In this document: in pieces, positions 39,476 through 49,096 of the stretch
Layout of the letters: the number at the start of each line of letters is the position of its first letter
How positions within the stretch are numbered: position 1 is the stretch's first letter
DNA from: an uncultured Gemmatimonadales bacterium
Lineage (GTDB): Bacteria > Gemmatimonadota > Gemmatimonadetes > Gemmatimonadales > GWC2-71-9
DNA: 64,000 nucleotides
Reading direction: 5' to 3'
NCBI GenBank assembly: GCA_963728915.1
Contig: CAVSLV010000001.1
Location: 576,001 to 640,000, forward strand
Program-made: the position numbers and the translations under genes
The notes under the pieces: model-generated
Database searches by the model: none
What the model saw: only the letters and a program-made list of their open reading frames with translations
Told to the model about the DNA's origin: nothing

Positions 39476-41077
39476 ATGACCCGTTCCGCCCGGCGACTCA
39501 TCATCAACGCAGATGACTTCGGCATCTCCGAAGGCGTCAATCGAGGCATTCTCGAAGCCCATCGAGCCGGCAGCGTCACCTCGACCTCCCTGCTCGTCAA
39601 CCTGCCCGCGTTCCGCCATGCTGTGCAGTGTGCCGAAGGCGCCCCGAGCCTGGGAGTAGGGCTGCATTTCAACCTCACCATGGGCGCGCCGGTGGCGCCG
39701 CGAAACCAGGTTCGCAGCCTCTATGACCGGCGTTCGAGCGCCTTTTTCTCCCTGCCCCGCTTCCTTGCCCACGCGCTCCGCGGAAGAATCGATCCTTCCG
39801 AGGTCGCCATCGAGTGCGACGCGCAGATCGACCGGATGCGGGCCACGGGCCGGACGATCACCCATCTCGACGCGCACCACCACGTGCACGTCCTGCCGGG
39901 CGTCTGGAAGCCGGTGCAGGCGGCCGCGCAGCGGGCCGGGATCGGGGTGGTGCGCCTTCCCTTCGAACAGCTCCACCATACCATGAGGCGGCCGGCCGCG
40001 CTCGCCGAGCAGCTTGGCTTGCGGGTTGTCTACAAGCTGGCCGGCGGGAACGGCCACCCGCGACCGGTGGACCATTTCCGCGGCAGCGCGCTGTTCACCC
40101 GGCAGGACTTCCGCACGGCCCTGCTCGAAGTGCTGAACCACCACGCGTCAGGGACCACCGAACTGATGGTGCATCCCGGCTACGCGGACGCGGAGGCGGC
40201 CTCCTGGGATCGGTACACCACCCCCCGCGAGCGCGAGCTGGCGGCGCTGCTGGATCCCGAAGTGCGAGCCCGACTCTCGGCCGGCGACTTCCAGCTCGTC
40301 AGCTTCGGGACCTTCGCCCCTGCGACGGAGCGCGCCGCACCGGCGCTACCGCGCATCAGCCTGATCATCCCCGCCTACAACGAGACCCGGCTGTTGCCCC
40401 GCCTGCTCGACTCGGTGCAGCGAGCGCGCCGGCGTTACAGCGCCGACCCGGGAGCGGTGGAAGTGGTGCTGGTGGACAACATGTCAAGCGACGGCACCGC
40501 GGCGATGGCCCGGGCGCGCGGATGCCGCACCCTGTGCGAGCAGCGGCGGGTCATCGCGGCGGTGCGCAACACCGGCGCCCGGGCGGCACGAGGCGACATC
40601 CTGGTCTTCATAGACGCGGACTCAGAGCTCCATCCGGAAACCTTCACCCGCATCGCGGCGGCGCTGGACAGCGGCACCGTAGTGGGCGGCGCCACCCGCA
40701 TCACCATGGACCGCTGGGGAGCGGGGATCGGGGTCAGCTTCGCCCTGCTCTCGCTCTGGTCGCGGGTGACCGGGTGGGATACCGGCGCGGTCTTCTGTCG
40801 CCGCGAAACTTTCCAGGCCGTCGGCGGCTTCGACGAGGAACTGGTCTTCGCGGAAGACCTCGCCTTCTACAAGGCGCTATGCCGGTTCGGCGCGCCCCGG
40901 GGACAGCGCTTCGTACGACTGCGGGGTGCCCGCGCGGTTACCTCGGCCCGCAAGTTCGATCAATTTGGTGACTGGGGCTGGCCGCTCGCCAACGCCAGAA
41001 TTCTCTGGCTCGCCCTGATCCGCTCGCCCCGCGCCCGGCGTCACATCGAACGGCACTGGTACCAGGCGAGGGATTGA
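39476..41077 (+). CDS. YdjC/ChbG/HpnK-family deacetylase fused to a GT2 glycosyltransferase
   Basis: N-terminal INADDFG, GLHFNL, HLDAHHHVH and ELMVHPG; C-terminal IIPAYNE, DNMSSDGT, FIDAD, AEDL and TSARKF; one continuous ORF. Confidence 0.87.
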   Translation: MTRSARRLIINADDFGISEGVNRGILEAHRAGSVTSTSLLVNLPAFRHAVQCAEGAPSLGVGLHFNLTMGAPVAPRNQVRSLYDRRSSAFFSLPRFLAHALRGRIDPSEVAIECDAQIDRMRATGRTITHLDAHHHVHVLPGVWKPVQAAAQRAGIGVVRLPFEQLHHTMRRPAALAEQLGLRVVYKLAGGNGHPRPVDHFRGSALFTRQDFRTALLEVLNHHASGTTELMVHPGYADAEAASWDRYTTPRERELAALLDPEVRARLSAGDFQLVSFGTFAPATERAAPALPRISLIIPAYNETRLLPRLLDSVQRARRRYSADPGAVEVVLVDNMSSDGTAAMARARGCRTLCEQRRVIAAVRNTGARAARGDILVFIDADSELHPETFTRIAAALDSGTVVGGATRITMDRWGAGIGVSFALLSLWSRVTGWDTGAVFCRRETFQAVGGFDEELVFAEDLAFYKALCRFGAPRGQRFVRLRGARAVTSARKFDQFGDWGWPLANARILWLALIRSPRARRHIERHWYQARD

Positions 41078-41078
41078 G

Positions 41079-41978
41079 ATGCTCGCCGTGCTGCTGCTGC
41101 TCGCGGTGGGAGGCGACACCGGCCGGACCGCGCGGGTGGTGGTGGCACCGGGTGAATCGCTCTACGTCGCCACCGCCGGGCGGGGCGAACCGGTGGTGCT
41201 GATCCCGGGCTTCTTCGGTGCTGCGTTCGGATTCCGCAAGCTGGTGCCCCTGCTGGTAGACGCGGGTTATCAGGCGACGGTGGTGGAGCCGCTCGGCACC
41301 GGCTGGTCGAGCCGACCGGCCCACGCGGACTATTCCTTCATCGCGCAGGCCGACCGCATCGCCGCGGCGCTCGACTCATTTGGCATCCGCCGAGCTTTGG
41401 TGATCGGGCACGCGGTGGGTGCCGCCATGGCCTTCCGGCTGGCCTACCGGCGCCCCGACCTGGTGGGGGCGCTGGTCTCGCTGGAAGGGGGCCCGACCGA
41501 GCGAGTAGCGACGGCGGAATTCCGGCGTGGCTCACAGTTTATCCCGTGGATCAAGCTGTTCGGAGGGATCACGCTGATGCGGCGGATGGTGCGCCATACT
41601 CTGGTGGCCGCGTCGGGCGACGACTCCTGGATCACCGACAGCGTAGTGATCGGCTACACCGCGGGTGCCGCCGCGGATCTCGATGGGACCCTGAAGAGCT
41701 ACCTGGCCATGGCCGACGCGCGGGAGCACGATCGCCTGGAGCCGCACCTGCGGGAAATCAGCTGTCCGGTCCGTCTGGTGCTGGGAGGGGCCCGGCACGA
41801 CGGCGGGCTCGCGCCGGCGGAAATCGTGGAGCTGCAACGTTCCCTTCCCGCATTCGCCCTGGACAGCATTCGGGGATCGGGACACTATCTCCAGGAGGAA
41901 CAGCCCGAGGCCCTCATGCCGATTCTGGAACGGGCGCGCATTGCGGCCGGCCTGCCGGCACCCGAACGCGTGCGCTGA
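41079..41978 (+). CDS. Alpha/beta-fold hydrolase with Ala in the nucleophile elbow (GHAVG)
   Basis: GEPVVLIPG, GTGWSSRP, GHAVGA, CPVRLVLG and GSGHYLQEEQP. Confidence 0.82.
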   Translation: MLAVLLLLAVGGDTGRTARVVVAPGESLYVATAGRGEPVVLIPGFFGAAFGFRKLVPLLVDAGYQATVVEPLGTGWSSRPAHADYSFIAQADRIAAALDSFGIRRALVIGHAVGAAMAFRLAYRRPDLVGALVSLEGGPTERVATAEFRRGSQFIPWIKLFGGITLMRRMVRHTLVAASGDDSWITDSVVIGYTAGAAADLDGTLKSYLAMADAREHDRLEPHLREISCPVRLVLGGARHDGGLAPAEIVELQRSLPAFALDSIRGSGHYLQEEQPEALMPILERARIAAGLPAPERVR

Positions 41979-41979
41979 G

Positions 41980-42822
41980 GTGACCCTCTCCCAGCACGGC
42001 CTGGCGCTTGGACTCGTGCTCGCCGACATCCTGCTGCGCGCCACTCGCACCCGCTGCCTCGTTCCGGTTGCCTTCTTGCGAGTGCTGATCGTGAATACCG
42101 GTGGCGACGCGATCGCGGCGCTAACCCCCGCGCGGGTTGGCGGCGATCCGGTACGCTATCTCGGCTTCCGCCGCCAGGAAGTATCGGGACCGGAGATCCT
42201 GGGGCTCTTCGGGGTCGAGGTGGTGAGCGACGCGATCGTGCTGGGTGCGGTCGCGGTGCTGCTCGCCATCCTCTTCCGGCCAGCCGGCCAGCAGCTCCTG
42301 GCCGCCACCCGGCATCTCCTGGCCACACCCGGCTTCTGGCTGCTGCTCGCGGCGATGATCGCATTCACCGCCGGGAGCATCACGCTCACCAGGCGCTGGC
42401 TCCCCGGAGCCCTCGCCAGCCTCAAGGTGTCCTTGCGGGAGGCTTGGCACTACGCGCGAGCCCATCGCCCAGTGGCGCTCGGCCTGGCCCTGCTGTTGAC
42501 GACGCTCAGCCTGCTGGCCCGAGGAGCGATTCTTCCCGTGTTGCTCGCCGGCACCCCCGGCCTCGACCCCGGCACAGTCATCCTGGCCTCGGCGGTCCTG
42601 GTGTACGGACAGGTGCTCGCTCCAACTCCCGCGAGCATCGGCCCGGTCGAGCTGGGCGCCGTGGTGAGCCTGGGCGGACAGTTCACGCCCGAAGCGCTCG
42701 CCACGATACTGCTGGTCTGGCGGGGCTACACCCTGGCGCTCGGCGTGCTGGCCGGCGGGGGGCTGCTGCTGTGGGGGCGGCGGCCCTGGGGCGCCTCCCG
42801 CCCCGGCATCATAGCCGACTAG
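41980..42822 (+). CDS. Lysylphosphatidylglycerol-synthase TM-like (UPF0104/YbhN) flippase-domain membrane protein
   Basis: GTG start 1 nt after the upstream stop; ALTPARVGGDP, PTPASIGPVE and LLVWRGYT; about 7-8 TM segments. Confidence 0.78.
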   Translation: MTLSQHGLALGLVLADILLRATRTRCLVPVAFLRVLIVNTGGDAIAALTPARVGGDPVRYLGFRRQEVSGPEILGLFGVEVVSDAIVLGAVAVLLAILFRPAGQQLLAATRHLLATPGFWLLLAAMIAFTAGSITLTRRWLPGALASLKVSLREAWHYARAHRPVALGLALLLTTLSLLARGAILPVLLAGTPGLDPGTVILASAVLVYGQVLAPTPASIGPVELGAVVSLGGQFTPEALATILLVWRGYTLALGVLAGGGLLLWGRRPWGASRPGIIAD

Positions 42823-42880
42823 GCGGGGGGCTCCTGCAGCGCGACGATATTTCCTGCCCGAGATCCTCCCAGGAACCGCG

Positions 42881-44023
42881 CTACTGCTTGCCGATCATCA
42901 GGATCGTGAACGAGCCGGGGATTGCGCGGCCGGCCTGAGGCCGTTCGCCCGGCGCCGGGGCGGGTGCTGCCTCACGCTCCACGCTCATGACGAAGAGCCG
43001 GCCCGTCTTGCTGTCCAGCGTGAGCGTCCGGGCGCCGGCCATCGTTTCCAGGTTCTGCACCACTTCGAAACTCGTCGGGCTCTGTTCCCTGATGATGGTC
43101 ATCGTGCCGTTACCGTGCGAGGTGAACACTTCCATCGTCGCGGGATTGAATACCGCACCGTCGTTGGCGCCGGCCAACGGTAGTTCTGCGAGGACCTTAC
43201 CGTCGGTCGCCCTCAGAATCACCATCGCGGGCTTCGCAGCCGGGGCCGGCCCCCCCTGCACAACAGGTGAGCCGTCGAGCGAGCAGGCCGCGAAGAGGAT
43301 CTTGTGCTTCGCGTCCATCGCGAGGCCGTTGCAGCGGCCGTGGTCGCCCAATGGGTAGCGGGCGGTCACCTTGAGAGTTCTGGTGTCGACGCCGACGACG
43401 CTGCCCGGCCGATCCTGGAGCACGAAGTACACGGTGCCATGGCCGTCGGATGCGGTCTGTTCCGGGACTCCGCCGAGGTCGATCTTCCCCGTGACGGTAC
43501 CATCCCGGGGGTCGATGGCGATCGCGTCCCTGGTCGGGTGGCTGCCGACGTAGATCCGATTGCTGAACTTGTCGAAGAAGATCCCGTCCGGCGCGAACCC
43601 GGAATCCACCGGGACCGACTTGATGAGCTGCTGGGTCTTCGCATCGAACATCGTGATCGCCGGCCGGCTGCTCGTGAAACCATGCCCTGTTCCCGGGTCG
43701 ACCACCGCGCCGTTGCCGCTCGAGTTCGGGGCGGTGAGGATTTCACCGGCCGGCGTGAGGGTTACGAGGTCGAAGACGGTAATGCGTGCCGGCACCGCCG
43801 GCCGGCCGGCCGCGGTGTCCGCGCGAACCGCGCCGCGCGTGATGTACAGGCGCCGCGCCGTACCGTCGGCGTAGATGTAATCGGTGCCGCCCTCGCCGCC
43901 CACCCTGGCGGTTTGGATGACCTTGTAGGGCCCGCCGCTTTCCGGGGTCTGCGCGAGGAGCGGGGGCGCGGCCAGTGCGAGCAGGACAGCGGGACTTGCG
44001 AGATGGCGACAGATGGTAATCAT
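42881..44023 (-). CDS. YncE-family secreted beta-propeller (third paralog)
   Basis: Signal peptide; GGEGGTDY, APDGIFFD, GARTLTLD and PGSFTIL. An alternative ATG lies at 44056. Confidence 0.8.
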   Translation of the reverse strand: MITICRHLASPAVLLALAAPPLLAQTPESGGPYKVIQTARVGGEGGTDYIYADGTARRLYITRGAVRADTAAGRPAVPARITVFDLVTLTPAGEILTAPNSSGNGAVVDPGTGHGFTSSRPAITMFDAKTQQLIKSVPVDSGFAPDGIFFDKFSNRIYVGSHPTRDAIAIDPRDGTVTGKIDLGGVPEQTASDGHGTVYFVLQDRPGSVVGVDTRTLKVTARYPLGDHGRCNGLAMDAKHKILFAACSLDGSPVVQGGPAPAAKPAMVILRATDGKVLAELPLAGANDGAVFNPATMEVFTSHGNGTMTIIREQSPTSFEVVQNLETMAGARTLTLDSKTGRLFVMSVEREAAPAPAPGERPQAGRAIPGSFTILMIGKQ

Positions 44024-44136
44024 GGTGCTTGCTCTCGTGGGTGTCAGGGTCTCCATATTACACGATCGAGCGGGCGGCTGGAACGGAAGGCCGTGGGTAT
44101 CGCCAGCCGCTCGGCACCACGGGATGGCTACACCGG

Positions 44137-44778
44137 TCAAGGCTCGGTGCGCCAGCGCTCGTAGACCGCGGCAGAGGCACAGGCCAGGCCAAGGCCCAGC
44201 ATCCAGCCGGCCACGACGTCGGTGCCCCAATGGACGTCGAGGTAGATGCGCGACATGCCGACCACCAGCGGCCAGCCGAATCCCACCAGCAGAGCACCCC
44301 ACAGTGGTACGGACTTCTCCCGCCAGAACACGTACATGAGGGTGACCCATAACCCGGTGGCCGAGGTCATGTGTCCGCTTGGAAAGGCGTAGCTGTTGAG
44401 CAGGTCGACTCCGCCCGGGGGCCGGGGCCGGGCGATGAAGATCTTGATCTCCCGCAAGAGGAACGTGGCGAGGACAGGAGCGATGGCGAAGATCCCGGCG
44501 GTGATTCGGCGCTTGCGAATCCAGAACCAGGCGGTCGTCAGCCCGGCCAGGATAACAGTGGCCGCGAGGGATGCAAACACGGTCAGCACCCCGAACACCT
44601 GAATCGCCTCCGGGGCGCGGTGCCGGAGCACCCAGGAGCGGAGCGCGTCATCGACTGCGGTCGTCTCCCCTTCAGCGACCTCGCTGGCGAACTTGGAGAA
44701 AAGGAGGAGAAGGACCACGCAGGATGTGAGCAGCAGGAGCCAGTAGCCGGCCAGGCGGCGGGTCGGGTTCGGAGCCAT
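44137..44778 (-). CDS. PAP2-family membrane phosphatase
   Basis: K-x6-RP (KIFIARPRP), FPSGH and SRIYLDVHWGTDV. Confidence 0.9.
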   Translation of the reverse strand: MAPNPTRRLAGYWLLLLTSCVVLLLLFSKFASEVAEGETTAVDDALRSWVLRHRAPEAIQVFGVLTVFASLAATVILAGLTTAWFWIRKRRITAGIFAIAPVLATFLLREIKIFIARPRPPGGVDLLNSYAFPSGHMTSATGLWVTLMYVFWREKSVPLWGALLVGFGWPLVVGMSRIYLDVHWGTDVVAGWMLGLGLACASAAVYERWRTEP

Positions 44779-44796
44779 GATCGTGGAGACGCCGTC

Positions 44797-47439
44797 TCAC
44801 GGCCTTGCCGCGCTCTGCGGGCTGGTCCAGAACCCCGACGCTTCCTTCTTCTCGCGGGCGACATCCCCCCCGAACAGCGCCGCGTTGAAGACGACCCGGA
44901 AGGTTCCGAACGGCTGGCCTCGCCACTGGGGCCGGAACCCGATCAGAACGACGTGCCCCTTCCCGTGGTGGACGTCCAGCGCCGCCGCGTAGCCCTGGAG
45001 GTATTTCTCGCCGAGAAGGTATCCCGAGACCAGGGGCGATCCTTCCGTCGCAAACTTGGCCAGGGCCTGGCCCTCGAATCCGTCGAGCACGTCGAACACC
45101 GGGCTTCCGTCCACGAATACCTTGGCCCGTTCCGGCATCCCCGCCATGACGGGGTGGGTCGGATCGGTGGTCACCTCCAGAAGGGACCCGCTCGAGAAGT
45201 AGCGCCGGCGGGGGAGGGTATCCACCACGTTCCGTACCGGCAGGTGGAGCGCCTGGATCGCGTAACCCGCACTCTGGTTGAGACAGATCAGGGTGCCGCC
45301 GGCGCGAACGAAGCCGTCCAGGGCCCGGGCCCCCGCATCGCCCAGCCCGCCGGCATACCGGGGCGGCGCGGTGCCCTCCGGGAATCCCTCCGCGATGGTG
45401 CGAGCCCGGTCCGAAGCGAAGAGAATCACGTCGAAACGATCGCCCAGGTTCCCGGCCAGGATGTCGGCGTTGTGAATCACGGTGTAGGGGAACTCGTACT
45501 GGTCGAACAGCCACTCGGTCCACCCCTCGTCCATGCTGGCGGTCCAGGGCTGGTACAGCGCGATGCGGGTGCGGACCGGTACCGCCGTCGCGGGGAGGGC
45601 GGTTCGCTGCGCCTGGACGGAAAGCTCGCCCACCCAATCGCTCAGGGTCGCCGGGGCAACGCCGGTCACCAGATAGCGACCATCCCGGGCGGACCAGCGG
45701 ACCTGGCCGCCGTGGGCGATCGCACGGTTGAGAAGGCGATAGCTGTTGTTCTGCGCCGGGTCGAGTGAGAGCGCCGCGCCGGAGCCGGTGAGCCGCCCCG
45801 GAAGCGGGTTAATGCCCGCCGCGACCGAATCGGTGGCGAACGGGGCATCGGGGCGCTGTCGATCCACGGTGGCGCCACGGACCGGAGCGAGGGCCGTGCG
45901 GAATTCCGGCGAGAGGGGCGTTCGCAGTTCGATCACCCGGACGTCCATCTGATACGGCAGGGTCCACCCCGCGGCGTCGTAGGGCTGCTCGGGTGGCCCA
46001 TCCGGCGACTCCCGTAGGTCAGGGTAGTCCTGCCGGTCGAACAGCTGCCGGACCAGCTCGGCGAACTCCTGGTCCATCGGGATGACCCAGGTGTCCTTCG
46101 GATAGGTGATCCCGTCGACCGAGGCTTCGTGGGCCAGGCTGCTGACCCGGACCCCGTTGAACGCCAGCCGCCGGAGCAGCTCGGCGCCGGCGACCGGATC
46201 GCGCTGATCCCGCGGGATCACGTAGGCATAGGGCGGGTTCTGCCGGTATCGGAGGATGGCGTCGCGGCCGGCCTGGTACCGGTTGTAGAGGAGCTGCTCC
46301 CGGTACTTGGCGGCGTAGTCGAGCACCGCGATCGAGCCGGTCTCCATGTAGTCGATCGCGTCCTTGATGCGCCACCACCCGCCCGGCCACGGGCTGGGAT
46401 AGAGGGACTGGGGGCGCAGATCGCGGAACTCCCGGGGGAACTCGTCGAGGGTGTAGAAGTGCGGGGTCGCGTAGCGGTAGAGAGCGGTCTCGGTCCAGAA
46501 CGCGGCGATGTTCTGGAGCATCGGCAGGTAATCGATGTAGCCGGGATACCAGGCGTCGAACCCGGTCCCCATGTGAGTCGCCCCCACCATGCCGCGAGTC
46601 TCGAGCTGCTGCGCGATGGTCATGCCGATGGTATTGACTTCCCGCGACATGAGCCCGGGCACCCGCGGCGCGATCGGCTCGGCGAAGGGCGGAAGCCAGA
46701 TGCGGGTCGGGAACGGCGCGGTCTGGTGCTGGACGTAGATGATGTCAGGTTCCCACTCCCGCCAGGTGCGCGCCACGACCCGCGACTCCACCACGTTCAG
46801 CATGTAGCCGTCACGATTGTTGTCGTGACCGATGTACTTCTGGTAGAGCTCGTGGAGGGGAGCGACCTCGTAGGGCGTGCCGACATTCTCCCGGTACCAG
46901 TGAACCACGATGTTCTGTCCATCGGGATTGATGCTGGGCCAGAGCAGGAGGATGGTCTGATCGAGAATCTCCCGATTGGTGGGATCGTCGGGACGGCTCA
47001 GCAGGTCATAGGCAAGCTGGATGGTGTGCTGGGACCCGGCAATCTCCGAGGCGTGCAGGCCCCCGCTGATGTCGACCAGGGCTTTGCCCTCCCGGGCAAG
47101 GGCCCGGGCCGCCGAATCGGAGAGGCCTTCGGGATGGGCCAGACGCCGCGCGATATCGCGATAGTGATCCAGCTTTGCGAGGTTGTCCGGGGAAGAAATC
47201 GCCGCCAGTATCCACTCGTGGCCGGTCGAGGTCTTGCCGACATCGAAGAGCCGGATCCGATTACTCGCCTTGGCCAACTCCCCGAAATAGCGGAGCGACT
47301 GGTCGTAGTCGGCCAGCTTGAAATCGGCCCCGACGGGAAAGCCGAGCACCGTTTCGGGCCTCGGGATGACAGCTGATTGGGAGTGAGCGGCGGTCGGGGC
47401 GGCGATCACGGAAAGGAGCAGGAGACCCTTCCGGCTCAT
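44797..47439 (-). CDS. Secreted M14 zinc carboxypeptidase with C-terminal class I GATase-like domain
   Basis: Signal peptide; GGLHASE, SINPDG, HDNNRD and QH; C-terminal MDEGWTEW..GFRPQWRGQ. Confidence 0.88.
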   Translation of the reverse strand: MSRKGLLLLSVIAAPTAAHSQSAVIPRPETVLGFPVGADFKLADYDQSLRYFGELAKASNRIRLFDVGKTSTGHEWILAAISSPDNLAKLDHYRDIARRLAHPEGLSDSAARALAREGKALVDISGGLHASEIAGSQHTIQLAYDLLSRPDDPTNREILDQTILLLWPSINPDGQNIVVHWYRENVGTPYEVAPLHELYQKYIGHDNNRDGYMLNVVESRVVARTWREWEPDIIYVQHQTAPFPTRIWLPPFAEPIAPRVPGLMSREVNTIGMTIAQQLETRGMVGATHMGTGFDAWYPGYIDYLPMLQNIAAFWTETALYRYATPHFYTLDEFPREFRDLRPQSLYPSPWPGGWWRIKDAIDYMETGSIAVLDYAAKYREQLLYNRYQAGRDAILRYRQNPPYAYVIPRDQRDPVAGAELLRRLAFNGVRVSSLAHEASVDGITYPKDTWVIPMDQEFAELVRQLFDRQDYPDLRESPDGPPEQPYDAAGWTLPYQMDVRVIELRTPLSPEFRTALAPVRGATVDRQRPDAPFATDSVAAGINPLPGRLTGSGAALSLDPAQNNSYRLLNRAIAHGGQVRWSARDGRYLVTGVAPATLSDWVGELSVQAQRTALPATAVPVRTRIALYQPWTASMDEGWTEWLFDQYEFPYTVIHNADILAGNLGDRFDVILFASDRARTIAEGFPEGTAPPRYAGGLGDAGARALDGFVRAGGTLICLNQSAGYAIQALHLPVRNVVDTLPRRRYFSSGSLLEVTTDPTHPVMAGMPERAKVFVDGSPVFDVLDGFEGQALAKFATEGSPLVSGYLLGEKYLQGYAAALDVHHGKGHVVLIGFRPQWRGQPFGTFRVVFNAALFGGDVAREKKEASGFWTSPQSAARP

Positions 47440-47584
47440 CAGCAGGCTCCTGAAAGAGTATGAGGTCGGTATGGTAATCTACTCCTTGGCTTTTGCCCGA
47501 GCGCTGAAGGCCCGGGTTCTGTGTCGAACCCCTTCGGGCGGTCGTCTACCAGCAGGAACGGGTATGGTGATTGGGAGGAGAGCC

Positions 47585-48133
47585 TTGGGTAGACGTTGGT
47601 TACCAGCGCTGGCGTTCACGGCCGCGATTGGCTCGACCCAGGGCGACGCGGATGCGAAGATCACCGCCGGCTTCCTCGACCGGATCGGCGCCTATGTCCA
47701 GGTTCGGCAGAAGCTGGAGTCGTCCGCGCCGGCCATCCCCAAGAAAGCGACTCCCGAGCAAATCGATCAGCACCAGCGGGCGCTTGCCTCGGCGGTTCGA
47801 GCCGCGCGAAGCGCCGCTGTGCCGGGACAGGTCTTCGGTGCCGACATGAGCGCGCTGATCAAGCGGAGATTCCGGACCCTCTTCACCGGGTCACGGGGTG
47901 CCGGGCTCCGGCACGAGGTCCTCGAGGAATACCCGGGGCCGACGCCGGTCAGCGTGAACGGGAGGTATCCCGACCGGGTTCCCATGTCGCAGATGCCGGC
48001 GCCGGTGCTGGAGCAGCTCCCCAGTCTTCCCGACGACATCGAGTTCCGCTTCGTGGGCGACCAGTTGATTCTGTTCGATCCCCACGCCCATCTGGTCGTC
48101 GATTTCATCAAGAACGCGCTGCCCGGAGCCTGA
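47585..48133 (+). CDS. Secreted hypothetical protein (RcnB-like C-terminal motif)
   Basis: GGGAGGAG SD before TTG at 47585; signal-like N-terminus; VNGRYP and LPSLPDDIEFRFVG..LILFD..LVVD. Confidence 0.65.
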   Translation: MGRRWLPALAFTAAIGSTQGDADAKITAGFLDRIGAYVQVRQKLESSAPAIPKKATPEQIDQHQRALASAVRAARSAAVPGQVFGADMSALIKRRFRTLFTGSRGAGLRHEVLEEYPGPTPVSVNGRYPDRVPMSQMPAPVLEQLPSLPDDIEFRFVGDQLILFDPHAHLVVDFIKNALPGA

Positions 48134-48136
48134 TCG

Positions 48137-49081
48137 GTGCCAACCTTCGATCGCGCGAAGCTCCCTGGTGTTGGTCTGCTCCTCGTGGCGGGTCTCGCGG
48201 CGTGCGGCGGAACCGCGCCCCCCGCGGGCCCGGCCGTCGTCGTTTCAGCCGACACCACCCCGGTCAAGGTCGTCGCGCTTCCTAACAAGTCGGGGACCTT
48301 CAAGTTCGCGGTGCTCGGTGATTTTGGCGACGGGAGCGGGCGGGAGTACCAGACGGCTGCCCGAATGGATTCGGTTCGGGCCCGCTTTCCCTTCGATGTC
48401 GTCGTGCTGGTCGGGGACGATCTCTACGACGGGGCGGCACCGGCGGATTACCGGACCAAATTCGAGATTCCTTACCGGCCGCTGCTCGACTCGGGAGTCA
48501 CCTTCCTCGCCTCCCTGGGGAATCATGATGACCGCAACGAGCGGTACTACAAGCAGTTCAACATGAACGGCAAGCTCTACTACTCCTGGAAAGCTCCCAA
48601 GCAGAGCGCCCGTTTCTTCTTTCTGGAGAGCAGCTATCCGGATTCCGGACAGATCGCCTGGGCGGAGAAGGAGCTCAAGGGAACCTCCGAAAACTGGAAG
48701 ATCGCGGTCTTTCATCATCCCCTCTACTCCTCCGGACGGACCCACGGCTCCGATCTGAATTTGCGTCGATTGCTGGAGCCGATGTTCATCGAGTACAACG
48801 TCAGCGCGGTGTTCGCCGGACACGATCACATCTACGAACGGGTCAAGCCGCAGCGGGGCATCGTCTACTTCGTGGTCGGGTCCGGTGGAAAGCTCCGGGC
48901 TGGAGATATCAATCGCAATAGCGCGCTGACCGACAAGGGATTCGATACCGACAACGCCTTTCTGATCGGCGAAATCGACGGAGACAAGCTGTACTTCCAG
49001 GCGATCTCCAGGACCGGAACGATCGTGGATTCCGGCATCATTACCCGCCGAAAGCCCGCAACGTCGGCGGCCACACCGTAG
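48137..49081 (+). CDS. Metallophosphoesterase (purple-acid-phosphatase-like) lipoprotein
   Basis: Lipobox LAAC; GDFG, GDDLY, GNHD, HHP and GHDHIYER. Confidence 0.9.
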   Translation: MPTFDRAKLPGVGLLLVAGLAACGGTAPPAGPAVVVSADTTPVKVVALPNKSGTFKFAVLGDFGDGSGREYQTAARMDSVRARFPFDVVVLVGDDLYDGAAPADYRTKFEIPYRPLLDSGVTFLASLGNHDDRNERYYKQFNMNGKLYYSWKAPKQSARFFFLESSYPDSGQIAWAEKELKGTSENWKIAVFHHPLYSSGRTHGSDLNLRRLLEPMFIEYNVSAVFAGHDHIYERVKPQRGIVYFVVGSGGKLRAGDINRNSALTDKGFDTDNAFLIGEIDGDKLYFQAISRTGTIVDSGIITRRKPATSAATP

Positions 49082-49096
49082 CCCCGCGCGCGGCGG

